This document shows positions 28,954-38,768 of a DNA stretch of 38,785 nt, piece after piece (position 1 is the stretch's first letter; every line of letters starts with the position of its first letter). The position numbers were made by a program, and so were the translations under genes. The stretch lies in NCBI GenBank assembly GCA_964611355.1, contig CAZSYD010000020.1, positions 1 to 38,785 of the forward strand, given 5' to 3'. This DNA is from an uncultured Ignavibacteriales bacterium (GTDB lineage: Bacteria; Zixibacteria; MSB-5A5; GN15; JAAZOE01). Below the pieces are notes generated by a model that made no database searches, was not told the origin of the DNA, and worked only from the letters and a program-made list of their open reading frames with translations.

Positions 28954-30049
28954 AGAGCAGAGAATTGATTCTTCGCTGTTTCTAATCGTCTCAGCTCTGA
29001 TACTGATCGGAAGTATCATGGTTTATTCGTCGTCCTCCGCGATCGCCGACGGCAGCGATAAGTTTTCCAGCCATGCCTTCTTTCTAAAACGCCAGTTGTT
29101 CTGGGTGGTGATTGCCTATCTGGTGATGTTTGCCGCTGCACGCATCAGCATTGACAGGCTCCGTCCCTTTATCGTACCGGCCCTTTTGGGTTGTGTGTTG
29201 CTTCTAATCGTAGTGTTTTTCACACCTGAAATCCGCGGTACACATCGCTGGTTATCACTGGGAATAATAACCTTACAACCCTCGGAACTGTTTAAGTACG
29301 CGTTGATGTTTTATCTGGCTCATTCTCTCTCCCGGAAAGGTCGAGATCTCGGCGATGTAAGATTGTATCTCCGGCCGTATGGCCCCATCATAGGATTGGG
29401 GGCGCTGCTGGTCGTTTTTGAACCTGACCTGGGCTCGGTCCTGGTTCTCGGCATGACGGTTATCACGGTTCTCTTTTTGGCCGGCGCCCGCCTGACCCAC
29501 CTGGTTGTCGCGATGGGCGGATCGACCCTCTTTGTTTACCTGTTGGTGTTTGTCATTGGGTATAAAAAGGTCCGCGTCGACAGCTTCCTCGCTTCGATTT
29601 CCGACCCGATGCTGGCGGCTCACCAGGTAAAGCAGTCAATACTCTCGCTGGCCTGCGGCGGTTTGTTCGGCGTCGGTCTGGGTAACGGGATATTCAAGCA
29701 GTTCTTCCTGCCCGAACCGCATACCGATTTTATTTTCGCTTCCATCGGCGAGGAATTGGGGCTGGCCGGACTGGTTGTTACGCTGGGGCTGCTGTTTGGG
29801 CTGATCTGGAGGGGTATGAAAATCGCCACCATCCAGCCGGATCGGTTCAGGTTCCTTCTGGCGGCGGGATTGACCGTCTGCCTGGCAGTCAATATGGTTT
29901 TGAATATCGCGGTAGTGCTGGGACTGATTCCAATTACCGGTTTGACGCTTCCTTTTCTAAGCTATGGCGGCTCGTCGCTGGCAGTGTCGGCGGCGGCGGT
30001 GGGTATTCTGCTTAACCTCTCGCGGCAGAAAGTGAGGTATGCGGGGTGA
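28943..30049 (+). CDS. ftsW: SEDS-family peptidoglycan polymerase FtsW
   Basis: MVYSSS, RW....LQPSE..K, EPDLG, FLPEPHTDFIF..IGEE.G and TGLTLPFLSYGGSSL. Confidence 0.96.
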   Translation: MKRREQRIDSSLFLIVSALILIGSIMVYSSSSAIADGSDKFSSHAFFLKRQLFWVVIAYLVMFAAARISIDRLRPFIVPALLGCVLLLIVVFFTPEIRGTHRWLSLGIITLQPSELFKYALMFYLAHSLSRKGRDLGDVRLYLRPYGPIIGLGALLVVFEPDLGSVLVLGMTVITVLFLAGARLTHLVVAMGGSTLFVYLLVFVIGYKKVRVDSFLASISDPMLAAHQVKQSILSLACGGLFGVGLGNGIFKQFFLPEPHTDFIFASIGEELGLAGLVVTLGLLFGLIWRGMKIATIQPDRFRFLLAAGLTVCLAVNMVLNIAVVLGLIPITGLTLPFLSYGGSSLAVSAAAVGILLNLSRQKVRYAG

Positions 30050-31173
30050 GAGTTCTTTTTGCTGGAGGAGGCACGGGCGGGCATTTGTACCCGGCCATCG
30101 CCATTGCGCGGGAAATGGAGCATATCGATGCGGGATGCAGGATAGAATTCGTCGGCACGCGATACGGTCTGGAAAGCAGAATGAAAGATACACTTGGATA
30201 TCCGTTGTCGCTGATTTCCATGAGAGGATTGCCGCGTAAAATTTCTTTGGCGCTTATACTTTTCCCCGTACGATTACTGATATCGATTATCCAGGCGGTA
30301 AATATCTGTCGGCGTTTCAAACCCGACGTCGTCGTCGGAACCGGCGGCTATGTCGCCGGGCCGGTAATCATTGCCGCCGCGCTGAAGTTTGTTCCGCGAG
30401 TCCTTCAGGAACAAAACAGCCACCCAGGCCTGGTGACCCGCAGGCTGGCTTCGAGAGCGAACATAGTCTTTATTGCTTATCGGAAAGCGGCTGAGTATTT
30501 GCCCAAAAATGCACGCATCAAGCTGGCCGGCAACCCGGTACGGCGTTCGATAACCTTCGGCGAACGATCTATGGCTCTGGCCAGATTCGGACTTAAGGAA
30601 GACCGTAAAACAATTTTGATCCTGGGCGGCTCTCAGGGCGCGCGCCGGATCAATGAAGCTGTTCTGGGCAGTCTGGAATATCTTGACGATAAGGTCCAAC
30701 TGCTCTGGCAATGCGGGAAAAGGGAATACAAGGAAGTGGCCGCACGGCTCGACAAAAAGGATTTTGTTATTTCCCTTTTCCCGTTTTCAGATGAAATGGA
30801 GTTGGTTTATGCCGCCTGCGACCTGGCCGTAGCCCGGGCCGGAGCATTGACCATTGCCGAACTGACCGCCTGCGGTATCCCGTCAATTTTGATTCCTTAC
30901 CCGTATGCCACGGCCGATCATCAGACGCACAACGCCGCCGAAGTAGTCGCCGCCGGTGCTGCCGAGACAGTAGGCGATGTGGAACTGAATAATATCAAGC
31001 TTCTGCAAAAGGCCGTTGATATGGTCAAGTCGGATCGTTTGAACGGTATGCGTGAGGCGGCCCAAAAACTGGGACGGCCCGCTGCGGCCGCCGAGATTGC
31101 GCGGGAAATATTGCAATTGGCAAGACTCAAAGGAGAGAAACCTGATGGTACGCAGCGCCGTCGCACCGATTGA
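30046..31173 (+). CDS. murG: Undecaprenyl-PP-MurNAc-pentapeptide GlcNAc transferase
   Basis: AGGGTGGHLYP, GTGGYV, EQN..PG, GNPVR, GGSQGA, RAGA.TIAE and HQ..NA. Confidence 0.97.
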   Translation: MRVLFAGGGTGGHLYPAIAIAREMEHIDAGCRIEFVGTRYGLESRMKDTLGYPLSLISMRGLPRKISLALILFPVRLLISIIQAVNICRRFKPDVVVGTGGYVAGPVIIAAALKFVPRVLQEQNSHPGLVTRRLASRANIVFIAYRKAAEYLPKNARIKLAGNPVRRSITFGERSMALARFGLKEDRKTILILGGSQGARRINEAVLGSLEYLDDKVQLLWQCGKREYKEVAARLDKKDFVISLFPFSDEMELVYAACDLAVARAGALTIAELTACGIPSILIPYPYATADHQTHNAAEVVAAGAAETVGDVELNNIKLLQKAVDMVKSDRLNGMREAAQKLGRPAAAAEIAREILQLARLKGEKPDGTQRRRTD

Positions 31174-31192
31174 GAGGTTCAAAAGGGAAAAC

Positions 31193-32575
31193 ATGATTTT
31201 TCGAAAATATAAAAATCTTTATTTCGTCGGAATTGGCGGCGCAGGCATGTCCGGCATGGCCAAAATCCTGCATAATCTCGGGTACGACGTAGCCGGTTCG
31301 GATAATTCCCCCTCTGAGGTAACGGAGCAGCTCGAAGCGATCGGTATCCGGGTTTACGGCGACCATATCGGTCGGCATGTGGAAGGTGCCGACCTGGTGG
31401 TTATCTCCTCGGCCATTGACGATTCCAATCCGGAGGTGATCGAGGCGACCCGTCGCGGCATACCGGTCATCAAGCGAGCCGAGATGCTGGGCGAGCTGAT
31501 GCGGTTGAAGTTCTCCATTGGGATCGGCGGTACGCACGGTAAGACGACCACAACCGCCATGATCGGTAAAATTACGACGACCGCAAAACTCGACCCGACA
31601 ATACTCATCGGCGGTCGGGCGGTGGAGATCGATTCGGGCGGGCAACTGGGCCAGGGCGATATCATGGTGGCCGAAGCCGACGAATTTGACCGGTCATTTT
31701 TGATGATGTTTCCCACTATTGCAGTAATCACCAACATCGAGGAGGATCATCTCGACTGTTACCGGGATATAGATGATCTTCTGGATTCGTTCGCCCAATA
31801 TATCGGCCGGGTACCGTTTTACGGTTCGGTTATTATACCGGCTCTGGACAACAACGTGGCCCGCATTCGCGATGGCATCAAGCGGCCGGTGGTGACTTTC
31901 GGTTTTGACGTTGCTGCCGACATCCGCGCCGAGAATATAGAATCCGTTGGTTTTGGAACGCGCTTCGATTTAATCGTCAAAGGCGAATTTAAGGGAAGAA
32001 TATCGCTTCGCATACCCGGCAGGCATAACGTTGCCAACGCCCTGGCCGCTATTGCCGCTTCACTGGAAATAGAGATTCCGATTGAGGCGATAGAAGAGGG
32101 CCTGCGCGATTTCCATGGGGTGAGGCGGCGATTTCAAATTATCGGCCGAGCGCGCGGTGTGACGGTCATTGACGATTACGCCCACCATCCCAGCGAGATA
32201 GCCGCCACAATGGAGGGATGCCTGCAGGCCCGAGCCGGGGAACCGGGCAGGATAATCGCCGTTTTCCAGCCGCACCTGTTCAGTCGCACCAGCGATTTTT
32301 ATCGCCAGTTTGCCGAGGCGCTGCATGATGCCGACGTGGCTCTGGTGGTCGATATTTACCCGGCGCGGGAAAAGCCTCTGCCCGGAATAACGGCGGCAAT
32401 GATCGCCGACTATGCCTCATCGATCGGATACAAAAACGTGCGCTATATAGGGGGCAAGGAAAACGCCGTCGAAGAAGCGGCCGCCATTGCCCGCGAAGGC
32501 GACATAATAATCACTATGGGGGCCGGAGATATTTTTCGGATAAACGAAAAGCTGATAAAAAGGCTGGGCGGCTGA
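31193..32575 (+). CDS. murC: UDP-N-acetylmuramate--L-alanine ligase
   Basis: FVGIGGAGMSG, GTHGKTTTT, EADEFDRSF, DDYAHHPSEI, FQPH.FSRT and MGAG. Alternative start at ATG 31145 with SD AGGAG. Confidence 0.96.
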   Translation: MIFRKYKNLYFVGIGGAGMSGMAKILHNLGYDVAGSDNSPSEVTEQLEAIGIRVYGDHIGRHVEGADLVVISSAIDDSNPEVIEATRRGIPVIKRAEMLGELMRLKFSIGIGGTHGKTTTTAMIGKITTTAKLDPTILIGGRAVEIDSGGQLGQGDIMVAEADEFDRSFLMMFPTIAVITNIEEDHLDCYRDIDDLLDSFAQYIGRVPFYGSVIIPALDNNVARIRDGIKRPVVTFGFDVAADIRAENIESVGFGTRFDLIVKGEFKGRISLRIPGRHNVANALAAIAASLEIEIPIEAIEEGLRDFHGVRRRFQIIGRARGVTVIDDYAHHPSEIAATMEGCLQARAGEPGRIIAVFQPHLFSRTSDFYRQFAEALHDADVALVVDIYPAREKPLPGITAAMIADYASSIGYKNVRYIGGKENAVEEAAAIAREGDIIITMGAGDIFRINEKLIKRLGG

Positions 32576-33288
32576 TGTTTCTGGGAATAAGGAAAAAATA
32601 CTGGCTTTATCTTGCATCAACCGTCGTGCTGGCCGGCCTGATGGTGTTTCTCAACCTTTCGCCGGTCTTCGCCTGGCGACAAACGGAAGTCAATGGCGCC
32701 TATGCCTGCCGCTTGGAAAAGGTGTTGCAGGCCGAGCGGCGGACGCAGAAAAATCTGTTCCGTGTAGACAAACGCCAGGTGCTGGAGGAGGCGCTGGCGA
32801 CGAAAGGTATCGAAAAAATCAGGATACGTCTCAGCCTGCCTGACGGAATAAGAGCCGAGGTGAATCGTTTTGAACCGGTGGCGCTGGTGTGGGGAGATGG
32901 CGACAGGTTTTTCGGTCTGGATAAGAAGTGCCGGCTGCTTCCTTATGATGCCGACTGGGAATGTATTGATCTGCCGGTATTGACCGGCCTGAAATACCAT
33001 AAGCTTTTTGCGCCGCCTTCCGATTTTCGCGTGGCGGAGGTAGTTTCCGTTCTGGAAACAATCAGGAAAGATTTGCCGGAACTGTATCAGCAGATTGCCG
33101 AGATCGATTTTTCCGACAGCGTCTATGTTTGCCTGTATATGACCTCCAGCAGAAAGAAGTTTCTGGCGACAAGTATCAACTTCGCGCCTCAACTGATTAA
33201 GCTGCATGCAATCAGCGGAATAGCCGCCTGGTCGGAAGAAGGATGCTGTAACCTGCTCTATGATGACATGGTAATTGAGGAAAGGTAG
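32575..33288 (+). CDS. ftsQ: Cell division protein FtsQ/DivIB-like
   Basis: Lies before ftsA; single TM helix, POTRA-like segment (NLFRVD...IEKIRIRLSLPDGI), EPVALV and DLPVLTG. Confidence 0.75.
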   Translation: MFLGIRKKYWLYLASTVVLAGLMVFLNLSPVFAWRQTEVNGAYACRLEKVLQAERRTQKNLFRVDKRQVLEEALATKGIEKIRIRLSLPDGIRAEVNRFEPVALVWGDGDRFFGLDKKCRLLPYDADWECIDLPVLTGLKYHKLFAPPSDFRVAEVVSVLETIRKDLPELYQQIAEIDFSDSVYVCLYMTSSRKKFLATSINFAPQLIKLHAISGIAAWSEEGCCNLLYDDMVIEER

Positions 33289-33297
33289 TAGGAAAGA

Positions 33298-34521
33298 ATG
33301 TCGCAGACGCGAACATTGACCGGTCTTGATATCGGGACGACCAAGATTTCGGCTATCGTCGCCGAGATAGAGGAAGGCGAAACCATCCCCAGGCTGGTCG
33401 GACTGGGAATGGTTCCTTCGGACGGAATGCGTCGGGGCGTTGTGGTTGACCTCGAAAAAACAATCCGTGCTATTTCCAAGGCGATATCCGATGCCGAGCT
33501 GATGGCCGGAGTGAAAGTCGAAAGCGTCATCGCCGGTTTGTCGGGGGAACATATCCGTTCCATCAATTCGCACGGCGTTATTGCCGTTTCCCGGAGCGAT
33601 AATGAAATCACCGACGCCGACGTCGAACGTGTAATCGATGCAGCCCGGGCGGTGGCCATCCCGGCTGACAGGGAAATAATTCATGTCCTGCCGCAGGAGT
33701 TTATCATCGACGAACAATCCGGAATAAAGGTGCCGGTGGGAATGTCGGGCGTGCGCCTGGAAGCGGAGGTGCATATTGTTACGGCCGCCGCTACGGCGGT
33801 GCGTAACATTTACCGGGCAATAAACCGTTGCGACCTTGAAGTGGAAGCGCTGGTGCTTGAGTCGCTGGCGTCCAGCTATGCCCTTCTTAATGACGACGAG
33901 CAGGAACTGGGGGTGGCGTTAATCGATCTTGGCGGTGGAACGACCGATATCGCCGTTTATTTCGACAGTTCCATCCGCCATACGTCTACCGTACCGCTGG
34001 GCGGCAAAAATGTCACTAATGATATCGCCATCGGATTGCGCACGCCGATCGAGCAGGCCGAAGAGATAAAGCTTAAATACGGCGCCGCCATACCATCAAT
34101 GGTTGACGCCGACGAGATGATTTCGGTGCCCGGCGTGGGAACTCGGGCCTCCCGTGAAATTTCGCGACACGTCCTGGCCTCGGTTATCGGGCCGCGTATG
34201 GAAGAGATTTTAACCCTGACTCACCGGGAAATAAAAAGGGCCAATTTCCCCGATACTCTGGCGGCCGGAATTGTTCTGACCGGCGGGGGATCGCTTCTGC
34301 CGGGAACGGCCGAACTGGCCGAGCAGATATTTGATATGCCCGCCAAGATCGGCGTGCTGAGCGGTTTCGAGGGCCTGGCCGATATGGCGGCCTCGCCGAT
34401 TCACGCCACCGGAATCGGTTTGATCCGGTACGGGGTGCGACACGGCGATGAGATTATGAAGAGAGGGAAAGCCAAGGGCTTCTTTAGAAAAATAGAAAAA
34501 TGGTTTAATGAACATTTTTAA
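33298..34521 (+). CDS. ftsA: Cell division protein FtsA
   Basis: [32 protein letters not shown] and a C-terminal amphipathic helix [13 protein letters not shown]. Confidence 0.97.
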   Translation: MSQTRTLTGLDIGTTKISAIVAEIEEGETIPRLVGLGMVPSDGMRRGVVVDLEKTIRAISKAISDAELMAGVKVESVIAGLSGEHIRSINSHGVIAVSRSDNEITDADVERVIDAARAVAIPADREIIHVLPQEFIIDEQSGIKVPVGMSGVRLEAEVHIVTAAATAVRNIYRAINRCDLEVEALVLESLASSYALLNDDEQELGVALIDLGGGTTDIAVYFDSSIRHTSTVPLGGKNVTNDIAIGLRTPIEQAEEIKLKYGAAIPSMVDADEMISVPGVGTRASREISRHVLASVIGPRMEEILTLTHREIKRANFPDTLAAGIVLTGGGSLLPGTAELAEQIFDMPAKIGVLSGFEGLADMAASPIHATGIGLIRYGVRHGDEIMKRGKAKGFFRKIEKWFNEHF

Positions 34522-34547
34522 TATATCTGTCCGAGAAGGAGGATGCG

Positions 34548-35723
34548 ATGCCGTTTGAGTTTGACGAAGAACAAACCACACATGCGAAGATCAAAGTCAT
34601 CGGCGTGGGCGGGGCCGGCGGCAACGCGGTCAACCGCATGATCGACGCGGGTCTGTCAGGAGTGGAGTTCATCGCTGTTAATACTGATGAACAGGTACTG
34701 GAGCAGAACAAGGCGGCTGTAAAAATTCAGATCGGCAAGAGGCTCACCAGGGGACTGGGGGCCGGCGCCAATCCGGAGATCGGCCGCAAGGCGATTGAAG
34801 AGGACGCCGATGAGGTCGCTGCGGCTCTCCCCGGGGCCGACATGGTTTTTGTTACCGCAGGTATGGGGGGCGGAACGGGAACGGGAGCCGCGCCGACAAT
34901 CGCCAAGCTGGCCAAATCGCAGGGCGCCCTGACGGTGGCGATTGTCACCCGGCCGTTTGACTTTGAAGGCAAGAAACGGATCAGCCGGGCCGATGAGGGT
35001 ATTGCCGAGCTGAGAACGCACGTGGACACGCTGATAAGAATTCCCAATCAGCGCCTGCTTTCCATTGTGGATAAAAGCACACTGCTGGCCGACGCCTTTG
35101 GAATTGCCGACGATGTCCTTTATCAGGCGACTAAGGGGATATCCGATCTGATTACCGTGGCGGGACTTATCAACTGCGATTTCGCAGACGTGAAAACGGT
35201 CATGCTTGAGATGGGCGACGCTCTTATGGGAACCGGTGAGGCCACCGGCGATGAAAAAGCCGCCAAGGCCGCCCACAGCGCAATATCATCTCCGCTTCTG
35301 GAAAACATCTCGATCGCCGGTGCTAAGGGAGTCTTGATCAACGTCACCGGCGGCGCCGATATGACCCTCTTTGACGTCAACGATGCCACTTCCAAAATCT
35401 ATGACGCCGCCGGATCCGACGCCGATATAATCGTGGGCGCCGTTATCGATCCGGCTCTCAAGGATACGGTCCGGGTGACGGTTATTGCCACCGGTTTCGG
35501 CAGCGGCACGTCCGTGGAGGAGACTCGTCCGGAGCCGAAGGAGGAACCGGCGGTGATGAGCGATCTCTTTGGGAATCCTGTCAGGCAGCCTTCGGTGATG
35601 ACAAAAGCGCCGGCCGCTTCAACAAACGGCGGCAACGGACGCAAAACCAGGCAGCCGGTTTTCGCCGAGGGCGATAACCTGGAAGTGCCGACCTACATCA
35701 GGAGGCAAATGGAAGAATTATAA
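34548..35723 (+). CDS. ftsZ: Cell division protein FtsZ
   Basis: [17 protein letters not shown], tubulin signature [17 protein letters not shown] and C-terminal core [18 protein letters not shown]. Confidence 0.99.
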   Translation: MPFEFDEEQTTHAKIKVIGVGGAGGNAVNRMIDAGLSGVEFIAVNTDEQVLEQNKAAVKIQIGKRLTRGLGAGANPEIGRKAIEEDADEVAAALPGADMVFVTAGMGGGTGTGAAPTIAKLAKSQGALTVAIVTRPFDFEGKKRISRADEGIAELRTHVDTLIRIPNQRLLSIVDKSTLLADAFGIADDVLYQATKGISDLITVAGLINCDFADVKTVMLEMGDALMGTGEATGDEKAAKAAHSAISSPLLENISIAGAKGVLINVTGGADMTLFDVNDATSKIYDAAGSDADIIVGAVIDPALKDTVRVTVIATGFGSGTSVEETRPEPKEEPAVMSDLFGNPVRQPSVMTKAPAASTNGGNGRKTRQPVFAEGDNLEVPTYIRRQMEEL

Positions 35724-35725
35724 GA

Positions 35726-35857
35726 ACCTGTCCCGGTAAGCAGGTCGAATCGTTCGAACGGCTGTTGCAAGTTTAGGGCAACCGGCAGGCCTTCCGCTTT
35801 GCCGTAAGCCCCGAAGCATTTGCGAAATATGGAGTATTCCCCTACTCTGTATCACAG
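35726..35857 (+). ncRNA. Candidate structured RNA in the ftsZ 3' UTR (hairpins with C-rich loops)
   Basis: Stems read by eye: 35726-35745 (loop UCCCGGUAAG), 35765-35825 (long rod, loop CUUCC) and 35827-35852 (10 bp, loop UUCCCC), followed by the terminator. Confidence 0.5.
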
Positions 35858-35860
35858 GAA

Positions 35861-35901
35861 CCCGCCGGAGTGTTTTCCCCCACTCCGGCGGGGTATTTTT
35901 T
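35861..35901 (+). terminator. Rho-independent terminator of the dcw operon
   Basis: Perfect 12-bp stem CCCGCCGGAGTG / CACTCCGGCGGG, loop TTTTCCCC, then GTATTTTTT. Confidence 0.9.
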
Positions 35902-36063
35902 AATCGATTGCAAAGAAACATTGAAGTGATGGGAAACGGCCGGGTCAATATCGCTATATCGATACTGGATCAAATAAAAAACCGTTAACATTTCCAAATA
36001 AATCCATTGCCACTATTCATACTATGACAATGCGTATATTTCAATTCATCAGGAAGACGATTG

Positions 36064-36441
36064 CTATTTGAAATACTCGAGCGACAACCTNNNNNNNNNN
36101 NNNNNNNNNNNNNNNNNNNNNNNNNNNNNNNNNNNNNNNNNNNNNNNNNNNNNNNNNNNNNNNNNNNNNNNNNNNNNNNNNNNNNNNNNNTTGCCGGTGA
36201 TGTAATGAATCGGAACGCCGCTTTCAATCAGAGCGGCCAGCTTGAAAACAACTTTCAAATGCTGCTTGGGGATGGCGTGCTTGTATTCAAACCAGAAATC
36301 AAACAGGTCGCCGAGGATATAAAGCTTTTCGCCATCCCGCCTGACCATCTCCAGAAACGCGAAGAGTTTTTCCAGTTTTATTCGTTCATGCGCTTCGTCG
36401 TTTGAACCAAGGTGAGCGTCTGATATAAAAAATATCGCCAT
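36064..36441 (-). CDS. lpxH: UDP-2,3-diacylglucosamine diphosphatase (LpxH-like metallophosphoesterase), interrupted by an assembly gap
   Basis: FISDAHLG, LGDLFDFWFEY and HYITGN run into the N gap. RLSLEYFK* on the other side of the gap is a plausible C-terminus. Confidence 0.8.
   Translation of the reverse strand: MAIFFISDAHLGSNDEAHERIKLEKLFAFLEMVRRDGEKLYILGDLFDFWFEYKHAIPKQHLKVVFKLAALIESGVPIHYITGXXXXXXXXXXXXXXXXXXXXXXXXXXXXXXXXXXRLSLEYFK
36091..36190. other. Scaffold gap (100 N placeholder)
   Basis: Run of exactly 100 N. Confidence 0.99.
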
Positions 36442-36447
36442 GCCGGG

Positions 36448-36476
36448 AATATAGCGTAATTCGGCCTGATATTCAA
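36448..36476 (-). promoter_or_regulatory. Putative sigma70 promoter for lpxH (leaderless-type)
   Basis: TTGAAT, 17-nt spacer, TATATT, then 6 nt (CCCGGC) and ATG. Confidence 0.6.
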
Positions 36477-36477
36477 A

Positions 36478-38715
36478 TTATGAATGCGGGTGGCGTTCCA
36501 TCAATCCCGCCAGCGCATCGTAATAGGCCGTTTCCATTTGTGACAGGGGAAGGCTGATTATGTTATTGATAATCAGTTTGTCACCCCCGACTCTTCCGAT
36601 TATTTGGACCGGAATATCGTATTTGTTTGCAAGCTCTCTGATACGGTCTTCACTTCCCGGTGGGGTTGAGATAATTATCCGTGATGCGGTCTCGCCGAAG
36701 AGAACGGCATCGGTTCGTAATTTGCCGAAGTTAAGTTCTATCTGCGCCCCGATCATTTCTTCCCGGTTGCCGATGGCCGATTCGGCCAGCGCTACCGCCA
36801 GTCCGCCTTCGCTGCAGTCGTGAGCCGATTTTACGAGTTCGCCTTTAATCATTTCCAGAATGGCCTTATGCAGTCTTTTCTCGAACTCAAGGTTTATATC
36901 GGGAACTTCACCCTCCTTGAGCCCGTGAATAGTCGAAAGATATTCAGACGCGCCCAACTCTTCCTTGTTTTCCCCCAGTAAATAAACATCATCGCTTTCG
37001 TCTTTGAACCATGAAGTTGTGATATGATCGATATCTTCGATTATCCCGATCATACCGATTGTCGGCGTGGGGTAAACGGCATGTTCCGGGTCTTCGTTAT
37101 AGAAGCTGACGTTGCCGCCGGTGACCGGAGTCTCCAGCGCGCGGCAGGCTTCTCCCATGCCGGCTACCGATTCCGCGAAGCCGTAATAGATTTCCGGATC
37201 GTACGGATTGCCGAAATTAAGGCAGTTGGTGATGGCGATACCCCGGCCGCCGGAGCAGGCGATGTTGCGGGCCGCTTCGGCAACGGCGTGTATGGCGCCT
37301 CGCCGGGGGTTGAGGTAACAGTAGCGGGCGTTGCAGTCGGTGGTCATCGCCAGGGCTTTCCTTGTCTTGCGGATACGAAGCACCGCCGCGTCGCTTCCGG
37401 GACCGACGGCCGTGTTGGTGCGGACCATTGAATCGTACTGTTCAAATACCCAGCCTTTGTAGCATATGTTCGGAGCGCTTAAAAGGCTCAGAAGGGCCTT
37501 TTCCCATTCAATATCCTGCGGGATATGCGAAAGATCAAGCCGGTTCAGTCGTTTCATATATTCCGGCTTCTTGGTTTCCCTGGTGTAAACCGGCGCGCCG
37601 CCGCCGAGGACAAATTCGCCGGAGGGCGCTTCGGCGACGACTCGGCCGTTTTGTCTTACCCGGAAGATACCGTCGTCGGTAACCTGCCCGATTATGCGCG
37701 AATGGAGATCCCACTTTTTGAATATCTCCCGGACCCGCTGCTCACATCCCTTTTTGACGCAAACCAGCATCCTCTCCTGCGATTCCGAAAGGAGAATCTC
37801 ATACGGCGTCATGCCTTCTTCGCGGAGCGGTATGTCTTTAAGATCGATTTCGACGCCGGTTCCGCCTTTGGCAGACATTTCGGTACAGGAGCAGGTAATT
37901 CCGGCCGCCCCCATATCCTGGATACCTACAATAAGGTCTTCCCGGATGATTTCGAGGGTTGCTTCCATCAAAAGTTTTTCGGTAAACGGGTCGCCGATCT
38001 GCACCGAGGGCCGTTTGGCTTCCGATTCTTCGGTCAGTTCCGCCGAGGCAAATGTGGCGCCGTGAATGCCGTCTCGGCCTGTGGACGAACCGACGATCAT
38101 CACCGGGTTGCCGACGCCCTTCATAACCGCCGAGGCCATCCGGTCGGTATTCACGATGCCGACGGCCATGGCGTTGACCAGCGGATTGCCGGTGTAGGCT
38201 TCATCGAAATATACTTCTCCGGCCACCGTCGGCACGCCGAACGAGTTGCCGTAATCGCCAATCCCACGGACAACGCCGTCGAGCAGATAGCGGACGCGGT
38301 CGTTTTCCGGCGATCCGAAACGGAGCGAATCGAGCGATGCGATCGGCCGGGCGCCCATCGTAAATATATCGCGGAGTATTCCCCCGACGCCTGTGGCCGC
38401 TCCCTGGTAAGGTTCAACCGCCGATGGATGATTATGGGATTCAATCTTGAAGACCACCGCCAGGCCGTCGCCGATATCAACCGCGCCGGCGTTTTCTTCG
38501 CCGGCTTTGGCCAGTAAATGCTTTCCTTCGCGCGGAAGAGTCTTGAGTAGCCTGATCGAATTCTTGTACGAGCAATGCTCCGACCACATTACCGAAAAAA
38601 CGCCCAGTTCGGTATAGTTCGGTTCACGCCCAAGAATTTCCACGATCCGCTGATGTTCTTCCGGAGAAAGCCCGTGTTCGGCGACAAGTTCGGGGGTTAC
38701 GGCCGGTTCCGGCAT
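36478..38715 (-). CDS. purL: Phosphoribosylformylglycinamidine synthase subunit PurL (small-type FGAM synthase II)
   Basis: [69 protein letters not shown] and [17 protein letters not shown]. Confidence 0.98.
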   Translation of the reverse strand: MPEPAVTPELVAEHGLSPEEHQRIVEILGREPNYTELGVFSVMWSEHCSYKNSIRLLKTLPREGKHLLAKAGEENAGAVDIGDGLAVVFKIESHNHPSAVEPYQGAATGVGGILRDIFTMGARPIASLDSLRFGSPENDRVRYLLDGVVRGIGDYGNSFGVPTVAGEVYFDEAYTGNPLVNAMAVGIVNTDRMASAVMKGVGNPVMIVGSSTGRDGIHGATFASAELTEESEAKRPSVQIGDPFTEKLLMEATLEIIREDLIVGIQDMGAAGITCSCTEMSAKGGTGVEIDLKDIPLREEGMTPYEILLSESQERMLVCVKKGCEQRVREIFKKWDLHSRIIGQVTDDGIFRVRQNGRVVAEAPSGEFVLGGGAPVYTRETKKPEYMKRLNRLDLSHIPQDIEWEKALLSLLSAPNICYKGWVFEQYDSMVRTNTAVGPGSDAAVLRIRKTRKALAMTTDCNARYCYLNPRRGAIHAVAEAARNIACSGGRGIAITNCLNFGNPYDPEIYYGFAESVAGMGEACRALETPVTGGNVSFYNEDPEHAVYPTPTIGMIGIIEDIDHITTSWFKDESDDVYLLGENKEELGASEYLSTIHGLKEGEVPDINLEFEKRLHKAILEMIKGELVKSAHDCSEGGLAVALAESAIGNREEMIGAQIELNFGKLRTDAVLFGETASRIIISTPPGSEDRIRELANKYDIPVQIIGRVGGDKLIINNIISLPLSQMETAYYDALAGLMERHPHS

Positions 38716-38739
38716 TTTTGTCTCCCTTGATAAAAGGCG

Positions 38740-38768
38740 AATATATCGTAATTTGAAATGGCTGTCAA
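38740..38768 (-). promoter_or_regulatory. Sigma70 promoter of purL
   Basis: TTGACA (38768-38763), 17-nt spacer, TATATT (38745-38740). Confidence 0.75.

Noticed and set aside
32617..33774. Long antisense ORFs (385 aa here; also 5163-5957, 10949-11944, 21812-22720, 37525-38517)
   Set aside because: All lie fully opposite well-conserved genes and show no motifs; such shadows are expected from codon bias at this GC content.
35724..35901. 6S RNA, tRNA, SRP RNA or riboswitch identity for the ftsZ 3' element
   Set aside because: No single rod with a central bubble, no cloverleaf or T-loop, no SRP motif, and no co-oriented downstream gene. A cmscan run is needed for a formal exclusion.
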